Shown: one piece after another, positions 9,521 to 17,146 of the stretch
How the letters are laid out: each line of letters begins with the position of its first letter
Numbering within the stretch: the stretch's first letter is position 1
Source of the DNA: Candidatus Yanofskybacteria bacterium RIFCSPHIGHO2_02_FULL_43_17
Lineage (GTDB): Bacteria > Patescibacteriota > Minisyncoccia > 2-02-FULL-40-12 > GWA2-44-9
Direction: 5' to 3'
Assembly: GCA_001794435.1 (NCBI GenBank)
Contig: MGJU01000013.1
Location: 157,196-212,696 of the forward strand
Length of the DNA stretch: 55,501 bases
Notes under the pieces: generated by a model
Told to the model about the DNA's origin: nothing
Seen by the model: only the letters and a program-made list of their open reading frames with translations
The model's database searches: none
Translations under genes and position numbers: made by a program

Positions 9521-10921
9521 TTAATTTATTGGTCTGACCCGATAAATTACTCCTGTCACATCGTCGGAAATATATAGATTTCCGCCATTATCAAACTTAA
9601 GATCGACCGGCCGGCCGTAAACTTCTTTTTTGTTATCGCTTATCCATCCTGAAATAAAATCAACCGGCGCTTGTGATATTACATTTCCGTTTTTATCCAA
9701 ATCATATCTGACAACTTTATACCCCGTCAGTTCGCTTCTGTTCCATGAACCGTGAAAAGCCACCAACAAATCCCCTCCCCACTCCTTGGGCCATATCTTG
9801 ACATCGGATGTCCCTCGGCCATCCGATGTCGTTAATGAATTGCTGGGAACAAAAGCAAGCCCTAACGGCGCCGAATGAGCCGGAATTTCGATAACCGGCG
9901 GCTCCGTCTGACTACAGTCGTCGGTAATATCAATTCGTTCCCATTTTTTCGGGTTAAATTTTTTATCCTTAACTTTATCGCCATAGCAGAACGGCCAGCC
10001 GTAACGACGAGCGCCGAATTTATGTTCCGGACCGGCAACCTTGATAATATTTATTTCGTCCGGCGGCAAGTCATCGCCTAAATTGTCTCGCCCCATTTCT
10101 GTCGCCCATATTTCTTTTGTCACCGGATGAAAGACAAAGAAAACAGAGTTCCTCAAACCGCCGGCAAACTCCGCCGTATAACTGCCTTCAGAATCCGATT
10201 CTAATATCGCCGCTCTCTTCCATGTGCTTTCTTCGCAAACATCACAAGACGAACCGATGCTAATATAAAGTTTTGTGTCCACTTGAGTATTAACGCTTGT
10301 CCCTTCTAATATCTGCTTGGTTCGAAAGTTCGGCCCGAACGCGATAGTTCTAGTAAAATGCCCGCCTGCCGGCGAGGCAGGTCCTCCGTCGGCCGGAAGG
10401 TTGACAATGTTTTCGCCTGTTGTGCTGATAAGCTTACCGACACCTGCATCATAAGAGTATCTATTCACTCGATGCGTTTCGGCGACATATAAATAAACAG
10501 TCCCCGTCTTAGTGTCTTTATAAAAATCCAGTCCGTGAGGCGATTTCAATCCGTCAATCAAAACACGCTTGTTTTCAAAACCGCCACTTGCCCCGAGCAC
10601 TGTCGAGAAATCTAAAATACTGACCCTGCCCGCCTTTGTCTCGCTAATCAGCATTCTGCCTTTTGAGTCAAATACTATAACTCGAGGATTTTCCAAGCCC
10701 CTAGCAACAACAGAAATTTCAAAACCCTCCGGAATATCTAAAAATGGCAGTTCTCCGCCATCCACCGAAACCGTCTCCGGCTCCTTAAATTCCGGGGCGT
10801 TATCGCCAATAAATTTTTTAACAAAATTAAAGTCAGTAAAAAAAAGATGGGCAAAAATTACTACCGTTATCAGCGATACGGCCCATAATTTAAAGTTGGA
10901 AATTAAAAATTTAAAACTCAT
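9521..10921 (-). CDS. PQQ-dependent sugar (glucose/sorbosone) dehydrogenase-like beta-propeller, membrane anchored
   Basis: 466-aa ORF; N-terminal TM; motifs GLENPRVIVFDSKGRMLISE, LKSPHGLDF, YGWPFCYG, PAHSAPLGLAF, GRPVDLKFDNGGNLYISDD; in-frame hairpin element at 9797-9835. Confidence 0.7.
   Translation of the reverse strand: MSFKFLISNFKLWAVSLITVVIFAHLFFTDFNFVKKFIGDNAPEFKEPETVSVDGGELPFLDIPEGFEISVVARGLENPRVIVFDSKGRMLISETKAGRVSILDFSTVLGASGGFENKRVLIDGLKSPHGLDFYKDTKTGTVYLYVAETHRVNRYSYDAGVGKLISTTGENIVNLPADGGPASPAGGHFTRTIAFGPNFRTKQILEGTSVNTQVDTKLYISIGSSCDVCEESTWKRAAILESDSEGSYTAEFAGGLRNSVFFVFHPVTKEIWATEMGRDNLGDDLPPDEINIIKVAGPEHKFGARRYGWPFCYGDKVKDKKFNPKKWERIDITDDCSQTEPPVIEIPAHSAPLGLAFVPSNSLTTSDGRGTSDVKIWPKEWGGDLLVAFHGSWNRSELTGYKVVRYDLDKNGNVISQAPVDFISGWISDNKKEVYGRPVDLKFDNGGNLYISDDVTGVIYRVRPIN
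9797..9835. repeat. T-hairpin element copy T1 (39 nt, short form), inside CDS
   Basis: cttgacatcggatgtcc-ctc-ggccatccgatgtcgttaa; 14-bp arms with 1 mismatch; read in frame as LTTSDGRGTSDVK. Confidence 0.8.
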
Positions 10922-12497
10922 AGATGAAAAATGATTGCCCTATCTTATCAACCGGTTTATACAACGCCAGCCAATTCAAACCAGGATCTTTTCTTTGGTT
11001 GCTTAATAGTTGCATACGGATTAACAAGAAAGTATTAACGGCATACCTGCCTTTCGGCTCCCGCCACCAGCCGGAATCATCGGCCATCATAAAATTCTTC
11101 ACTCCATAGTATTCGGGGCTTGAATTTTTCCACGAATAAACAACTTTAGTATCCGGATTTTCCGCTTGATATTTCCCCAGCCGCTTCAAATCCTGCCCCC
11201 ACTCAACATTGGAATCATCCAAATATTTATACCCGTTTTCCGGCCCCCCGACAAGTTCATTAAAATAGGACATGTGGTCAGGATAAGCGCGGACCGCCGA
11301 AGATATTTGCCAAAGGCCTAAAATCATAATCGCAATCATTCCCGCCCTTATGCTTGTTTTATAATTTCGATATTTCGATATTTCGATATTTCGAAATGTT
11401 TCAGTTATCCCGCCGGCATAAAGAATTAAAAACGGATAAATCGGCAAAATATATCTGATGCTGATATCGTGGGCCTTTATGCTTGTGACAAAAGTAAAGG
11501 AGATCACCGGCAGAAACACGAACACCTTGCCCCAACCGTCCATCTTTATTTTTTTATAAAATAAAATTGAGGTCACAAACACGATAAGGGCGGGGATTGG
11601 TGTTTTTATTACAAACGCTTCCAAAAAGTAGTACCACCAACCGTCAGGCGAGAAATTGCCATTCAGATAAAAATTATAGCCGGGCTTCCAGTCGGCGTAA
11701 ATTGTTCTTAATCCTTTTATATAAAATCCGAGATCAGAAGGCATTAAATAAATGAAATAAAGAATGATAAAAGCCGGGACAATGGCAATCAAAGAAAAGT
11801 TGGCCAACCGACGTATCTTTGTATTGATCTCCCCTCCGCACCGCCATGCGTAAACAAGGATAAACAAAGAGATCACGGGCAGAAACACGATAGCAGAAAA
11901 TTTTGAACCTAGCGTCAAGCCGAGAAAAATACCAGAAAAAACCAGTTGTTTCTTATCGTTGAGCTTGATGAAGCGCCATAAATAGTAAAATGTTATAAAT
12001 GAAAAAGCAGCAAGAGCTAGATCGGTTGTAACAAACTGGGCATTAGCGATAATGACGGGCATAAAGGCATACAGAAATAAGGATAAAAATCCCGCCTTGC
12101 GACTAAATATTTCTGAAGCCCATTTATAAACATAAAAACCAAGCAAAACAGAGATAAGCATCACCGACAGCCGACCCCACAACAGCAACTTGTCCATATT
12201 GTTGGAAGATAGGAAATTTTGGCCAAAGGCCCACTCGTTTCTGATCGGTCCGATTAAATTGGGGTCTTTATCGTTAAATTTAAAATCCATAAAAAGTAAA
12301 GGAAAAGAGGCCAACAATTTTACTAGCGGAGGATGTTGGGGGTTTAGAACAACCTGGCCTGTTTTCCAGTAAGAATATCCGCTTGGAAGATGGGTTATTT
12401 CATCAGTTGCCGGACTGAAATTCTGCGCGCTGAAAAACGGTAGCAGAAAAACGACACTCAATAAAACGATAACGACCGCCTTGTAATACTTAAACAT
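10911..12497 (-). CDS. GT39/GT83 family (PMT/ArnT-like) lipid-carrier-dependent glycosyltransferase
   Basis: 528-aa polytopic ORF; N-terminal loop DEITHLPSGYSYW...NPQHPPLVKLL typical of PMT_2/ArnT enzymes; 11-nt overlap with downstream gene. Confidence 0.7.
   Translation of the reverse strand: MFKYYKAVVIVLLSVVFLLPFFSAQNFSPATDEITHLPSGYSYWKTGQVVLNPQHPPLVKLLASFPLLFMDFKFNDKDPNLIGPIRNEWAFGQNFLSSNNMDKLLLWGRLSVMLISVLLGFYVYKWASEIFSRKAGFLSLFLYAFMPVIIANAQFVTTDLALAAFSFITFYYLWRFIKLNDKKQLVFSGIFLGLTLGSKFSAIVFLPVISLFILVYAWRCGGEINTKIRRLANFSLIAIVPAFIILYFIYLMPSDLGFYIKGLRTIYADWKPGYNFYLNGNFSPDGWWYYFLEAFVIKTPIPALIVFVTSILFYKKIKMDGWGKVFVFLPVISFTFVTSIKAHDISIRYILPIYPFLILYAGGITETFRNIEISKYRNYKTSIRAGMIAIMILGLWQISSAVRAYPDHMSYFNELVGGPENGYKYLDDSNVEWGQDLKRLGKYQAENPDTKVVYSWKNSSPEYYGVKNFMMADDSGWWREPKGRYAVNTFLLIRMQLLSNQRKDPGLNWLALYKPVDKIGQSFFIYEF
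11363..11396. repeat. Octamer tandem array (ATTTCGAT)x4 ending in palindrome atttcgaaat, inside CDS
   Basis: atttcgat atttcgat atttcgat atttcgaa at; translated FRNIEISKYRNYK within the GT39 gene. Confidence 0.85.
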
Positions 12498-12514
12498 TCT
12501 TACGTCATTTTAAT

Positions 12515-12544
12515 CAAAAAACCTTGTTTTTACAAGGTTTTTTG
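12515..12544 (-). terminator. Intrinsic terminator after 12583-13788
   Basis: caaaaaaccttgt-tttt-acaaggttttttg, 13-bp stem with flanking T/A runs. Confidence 0.8.
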
Positions 12545-12582
12545 TCAATTACTTATTTACTAAATTACTCAATTACGGCTAT

Positions 12583-13788
12583 TTATATTGCTTCCAAATA
12601 ATTCCCGTGCACCCAAGCGTCTTGACCTTCAAACGTTATCTTGTGCCATACACCGTCTTGAGCCAAACTTGTCACCACGTCGCCAGCGGTAAGCTGTCCT
12701 AAAACCGCACTTGCAGTACTGGCTGACACTCTGACATTGAGATAACCGGCGCTTGATACAACCTTATATTGATTGGGTGTCGGAACAGAAGAACTGGCTG
12801 AAAAAACACCTCTTGTATAATCCGGTATTTGATTTACTGAAGCATAATCAGTCCCCTTTGGATACCAATTAAATTCGTTGGTGTTGATGCAGAATACTTT
12901 CTTGAAAAATTCCGGATCATCGGCAACGGCCTGCTCGCCGGTCGTATTGACCCAATGGAGCATGCCGGTATCTTCTCCAGTCGTTTCCACGCCATAAACC
13001 TTGGGATCTTCCGTTTCGCAGTTTCTAAAAAGACCCGAAGTTACAAATACGTCTCTTGTTGCAGAAGTAGTGCCCTTAACCTTATCAAATCCCAGATGTC
13101 CGTAAAATCCGAATATAACAGGATTCAAGAATAATCTTTTATAACCGTGGGGATTAACGATATAAACATCCGGATCATCGGAACCGGCGGCGCTAACCAC
13201 GTCACCGTCATTTAAACTCACTGACTCCAAATTTACGAAACCTCTTGAAGCCGGGGTTGCCTGCCCTGAGCTTGTCGAAGGAGCTGGCGTAGGAGTTGCT
13301 GAAACGGCAGGACTTGTTGTGGGAGTAGTAGTTGGTGTTGGTGTTGGAGTACTTGTGATCCCGCCTCCACCGCCTCCTCCTCCGCCGCCGCTGGTACCGG
13401 CAGTACCGCCGCTACTACCACAAGTCGAAGAACTAGGGGTTACTATAACGGTTTGGGTAGCTGCGGCAGTAATGGACAACCGCGATTGGGTTGGTTCACA
13501 AGTAAAGCCGTAACCGCCGCTGTTGGATAAAAGCAGTTGATCCGACGACAAGAGAACTATCGTCTGGTCGGCAGACATTGAAATGGTAATATTTGTGTTA
13601 GTAGATGTAACCTCGTCCACCTCGGAAGAACCGCCCTCTATGGTAATGTTGCCAACACCCAAAGCAAGCGTGGTATTTTGAGCGAAAGTAACAACCGCTT
13701 TTGCCTGATTGACTCCGACCAATAACAGCCCCGCCATTAAAGCGACAACAAGTAACGGCAGAGAAAAGTTAATTTTTAATGTTTTCAT
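12583..13788 (-). CDS. Secreted protein: signal peptide, poly-Gly/Thr-Pro linker, shared 135-aa module, C-terminal bacterial SH3 domain
   Basis: 401-aa ORF; G10 run plus TPTPTPTTTPTT linker; residues 192-327 paralogous to residues 49-183 of 21594-25280; C-terminus YLNVRVSASTASAVLGQLTAGDVV...WHKITFEGQDAWVHGNYL is SH3_3-like. Confidence 0.65.
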   Translation of the reverse strand: MKTLKINFSLPLLVVALMAGLLLVGVNQAKAVVTFAQNTTLALGVGNITIEGGSSEVDEVTSTNTNITISMSADQTIVLLSSDQLLLSNSGGYGFTCEPTQSRLSITAAATQTVIVTPSSSTCGSSGGTAGTSGGGGGGGGGGITSTPTPTPTTTPTTSPAVSATPTPAPSTSSGQATPASRGFVNLESVSLNDGDVVSAAGSDDPDVYIVNPHGYKRLFLNPVIFGFYGHLGFDKVKGTTSATRDVFVTSGLFRNCETEDPKVYGVETTGEDTGMLHWVNTTGEQAVADDPEFFKKVFCINTNEFNWYPKGTDYASVNQIPDYTRGVFSASSSVPTPNQYKVVSSAGYLNVRVSASTASAVLGQLTAGDVVTSLAQDGVWHKITFEGQDAWVHGNYLEAI

Positions 13789-13805
13789 TAGGTTTAGATA
13801 TTTGT

Positions 13806-14213
13806 TTATTTTTGCTGCATATTCTGAATTGTTTTGACGACTTGAGAGTCAAACTTCAGATTCTCCCAAAACAGAACTTGGTCTTGGTTTATTATCATTT
13901 TGTCTTGAGGGCCATGTGGTTCGCCCGCGCCAAGCTTAACGAGCTGACCGGTGCCGCTCTGATCTATCTTGACATAATAAACATCGGATAGGATCAAATA
14001 ATCAGAATTGATATTTTTTAAGTGGCCAAAGTATATCTGGTCGTTCGTCAAAAATATGGCTTGATACGCATCAGAGTTGATAAATTCTTGTTTATCGTAA
14101 CGATCATATTTAAGAGAACTTATCGCTGGAAAAATACTTATAACCCCTACTGCCACAGCCAGAACCGCAACGCTTATCGCCAAAATAATTGGAACGTGTT
14201 TACTGCTAATCAT
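13806..14213 (-). CDS. Hypothetical membrane-anchored protein
   Basis: 135-aa ORF with a single N-terminal TM helix; tightly packed in the same-strand gene array. Confidence 0.45.
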   Translation of the reverse strand: MISSKHVPIILAISVAVLAVAVGVISIFPAISSLKYDRYDKQEFINSDAYQAIFLTNDQIYFGHLKNINSDYLILSDVYYVKIDQSGTGQLVKLGAGEPHGPQDKMIINQDQVLFWENLKFDSQVVKTIQNMQQK

Positions 14214-14230
14214 AACTGTAATTACTCACT

Positions 14231-15073
14231 CTAGTTGCATTCAGTGGTGCTTAATGTTGGTGTCGTAGCACCAGTGAAAAATCTCATATATATCCAAGTT
14301 CCATCAGTACTCTTAAGCTGGAAACATGTACCCGTTGATGAAGAATTACCGCCGAATAACAAACTGACGGTACCAGTATCAAGTGTGCCGAATTCAGCAA
14401 CGTAAGTCGTGCTTGAACTGGCCGTACGTCCGGAGTTCGCCAAAACATTAGTCTTGGCAACGAAGGTGGCCGCGGATGCCACGCCTCCCACTTCAAAGTC
14501 GGTTGAAACGGAAGCGCTTCCGGATACTTCAAATTTAGTCGTCGGGGCATTAGTTCCAACACCGACATTGCCAGTTTTGCCGTTAGTACCGATCCAAAAA
14601 GCTTGGGACATAGAAGCTACTCCGGCAAAAGATACAGTTGCTCTAACCTCTAAGTCACCGGAAATAAATACATCATTTGAGCTTGCAATATAGTGACCGT
14701 GGGTAGTGGCGGTAGTGCCAAATCTGTTGTATGCCACTGACGCAAAACCGCCTACTTGGATCGTGTTGCCGGTTAAGAAGTATGACGCCGATGCCGTACC
14801 CTGAACTTCAAATGATGTCTGGGGAGTGGCAGTATTAACACCAACCCTATTATTTGTGGTATCCACGGTAAGGGTGTTTACGTCGCCAGCCGCATTTTGG
14901 AATTGAGCCGCCGTAGCTGAACCGACGGTTTGAGTAAATGTCCCCGTAGTACTCATATTAGTCCCTATCGTGCTGGCCGCGTACACGCCGCTAGCCAAAA
15001 AGACAAAAGAAAAGACCACAAACACTGCAGTCATAGAAACGATCGACCTCAAGAAACATTGAGATTTGTTCAT
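14231..15073 (-). CDS. Secreted Thr/Ser/Gly/Ala-rich repeat protein (hypothetical)
   Basis: 280-aa ORF; signal peptide; internal duplication NRVGVNTATPQTSFEVQGTASAS / GNVGVGTNAPTTKFEVSGSASVS. Confidence 0.5.
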   Translation of the reverse strand: MNKSQCFLRSIVSMTAVFVVFSFVFLASGVYAASTIGTNMSTTGTFTQTVGSATAAQFQNAAGDVNTLTVDTTNNRVGVNTATPQTSFEVQGTASASYFLTGNTIQVGGFASVAYNRFGTTATTHGHYIASSNDVFISGDLEVRATVSFAGVASMSQAFWIGTNGKTGNVGVGTNAPTTKFEVSGSASVSTDFEVGGVASAATFVAKTNVLANSGRTASSSTTYVAEFGTLDTGTVSLLFGGNSSSTGTCFQLKSTDGTWIYMRFFTGATTPTLSTTECN

Positions 15074-15209
15074 TTTTACTTTTTTATTTTCTAAGATACT
15101 AACCCTTTTACGCTAAAAGCGGCAGAGAAATTAGTATGTTAGATATCAACAATTATTTACAATTATAAAACAGATTCGAGACAATACAACAGCAAAACTG
15201 TGGATAACG

Positions 15210-17072
15210 CTACAAATTTCCTTTAGAGATCTGCATCATTTCCTCTATTTCCTTGGCCATATTGCCTAATTCTTGAGCCAATTTGAGATAAAATAAGGCC
15301 TGCTTGTAATCGCCTTTGACAAAATACGCCGTACCGGCCAAAGCGCTAATATCAGGATGGTTCAGGTCATCACCAAGATAGTATTCTATCGTTTTGATGG
15401 CTTCATCCGGATTATTCAAAGCTATCTGCGTATAAGCATATCTGATGACATATTCGGTAACCGGATAAAAATCTATTACTTGCTTGAAATAAACTCCCGC
15501 CTCCTTAAGCCGGCCCTGTTTTGCGTATAATTCCGCCAGATTTATTTGGGCGTTGACCGCATCGGGATTAAGCTCCAGCGATCTTAACCATTTCTCTTCG
15601 GCCAGATCCTGGTCATTTTTATGATCGGCAATTATCCCCCACAAATTCTGAACCCGAGAATTATCTTCATATATATTCAGAGCGATGTTCAACTGCTCTT
15701 CGGCGCTGTCCCATTTGTTTTCTGTAACGTCAACCGCCGCTAGAGCCATTCTCGCTATCAAACTATTCGGCGATTCTTCAAGCGTCGCCGTAAAAAGAGT
15801 TCTGGCGTCGTGCCAATCATTGTTTCTGATCATTGTCCGGATGCTGAAAAATATGATTATGGCGGTTAGACCGGCATAGACAAATTTTTTGTTTATCTTT
15901 TCGAACAACTTATACAAGGCGTAAGAAACGAGCAGTAGAAAACCAAAAGAAGGAAAATACATCAGCCGCTCGCCCATTATCGTTCCGACCGGTTGTATTA
16001 AATTTGAGACCATCAGATAAGGCGCCAGAAAGACCAAAGCGCCGAATGCGCCAATCAGATGGCGCATTCGGCCAAAAAACAAAAGCCACACCAAAAAGAC
16101 AAAAAATATTGCGCCGACCAAAAAAGTCGGATCTAAAAAACTCTGAACTGGCAAAATAGTGTTGTACGAGTAATCAGCCGAAAGATGAATCGGCCAGACA
16201 AGCCGTTCCAGATACATATATAACACCTTGAATGCGGTCGCTATCCTTTCGGACCAATCCATAAATTTCAATGGATTCTCAACAATGGTGGTAGTCGCAT
16301 CGCCTAAAAAATAAGCGCCTAAGGCCTTATAGCGGAGTATGACATAGACCAAGACCGGCAGCGCAAAAACAAGAGTTCTTCTGGTCGTTGCCAAAAAACT
16401 GTTTTTAAAATGAATCCAGCTAATATAGAAAAGGATCGGCAAAACCATTAAAGCAACCTCCTTGCTAAGCAGAGCAAAAAGAAGAGAAACGGAACTCAAC
16501 AAAATATCCTTTTTGACGAAAAAGTAGATAGCAACAAGAGACCAGAAAAACGCCAGCAATTCCGCTCGGCCGACGATGGATGTCACCGCTTCGGTGTGAA
16601 TGGGATGGGTTAAGAACAGCAAGAATGTCGCATACGATAAAAATTTGTTCTTATCCGCCAGAGGCGGATCCGCCTTTGGCGGAAATAAGTATCTTACTAA
16701 CCAAAAAACAAGGAAGGAGTTTAGCGCGTGAATAATTATATTTACCGCGCGAAAACCCGCTGCCTGCTGGAAACTAGAAGAAGAAGCAGGAAGGACGGCG
16801 TCATTTATATAGTGATTGATGGCGTAAGTAGCCATCGTGAGAGGTCGAAAAAGACCGATCTTCTCCAGATGATGATAGGGTGAAATAAACAAATTAAAGA
16901 AGTTGGAAGGATCTTTCAGGTCTCCCCTATTCTGCACGACCGATACGTCGTCAAAAGTAAAGTCGTTAAAGATACCGTTTCCGAAAATAGCAAAAGACAA
17001 AACAACCGCTAATACGAGAACAAATGCGAATTCATTGTTTTTAATAAAATGTCTAACCGTGCTGTTTCCCAT
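15210..17072 (-). CDS. TMTC-like (DUF1736-type) polytopic membrane protein with C-terminal TPR repeats, putative protein O-glycosyltransferase
   Basis: 620-aa ORF; N-terminal FNDFTFDDVSVVQN motif, about 10 TM helices, then TPR repeats; in-frame 30-nt palindrome at 16654-16683. Confidence 0.6.
   Translation of the reverse strand: MGNSTVRHFIKNNEFAFVLVLAVVLSFAIFGNGIFNDFTFDDVSVVQNRGDLKDPSNFFNLFISPYHHLEKIGLFRPLTMATYAINHYINDAVLPASSSSFQQAAGFRAVNIIIHALNSFLVFWLVRYLFPPKADPPLADKNKFLSYATFLLFLTHPIHTEAVTSIVGRAELLAFFWSLVAIYFFVKKDILLSSVSLLFALLSKEVALMVLPILFYISWIHFKNSFLATTRRTLVFALPVLVYVILRYKALGAYFLGDATTTIVENPLKFMDWSERIATAFKVLYMYLERLVWPIHLSADYSYNTILPVQSFLDPTFLVGAIFFVFLVWLLFFGRMRHLIGAFGALVFLAPYLMVSNLIQPVGTIMGERLMYFPSFGFLLLVSYALYKLFEKINKKFVYAGLTAIIIFFSIRTMIRNNDWHDARTLFTATLEESPNSLIARMALAAVDVTENKWDSAEEQLNIALNIYEDNSRVQNLWGIIADHKNDQDLAEEKWLRSLELNPDAVNAQINLAELYAKQGRLKEAGVYFKQVIDFYPVTEYVIRYAYTQIALNNPDEAIKTIEYYLGDDLNHPDISALAGTAYFVKGDYKQALFYLKLAQELGNMAKEIEEMMQISKGNL
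16654..16683. repeat. 30-nt GC-rich near-perfect palindrome inside CDS
   Basis: tccgccagaggcggatccgcctttggcgga; translated PPKADPPLADK. Confidence 0.7.
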
Positions 17073-17146
17073 TTAACATTTACCGTTTTTGTCCTTTATT
17101 TAATCGTCTCGCCATTTAACAATTAAAAATGGAAAGGAGTAAATAC

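Noticed and set aside
10365-10381. A cctgcc-ggcga-ggcagg hairpin inside the dehydrogenase gene (GGPASPAGG)
   Set aside because: It is a short 6-bp stem found only once. It may be native Gly/Pro-rich loop coding sequence.
13319-13513. 64-aa ORF with a poly-Pro run
   Set aside because: It is the antisense reading of the poly-Gly/Thr-Pro linker of 12583-13788.
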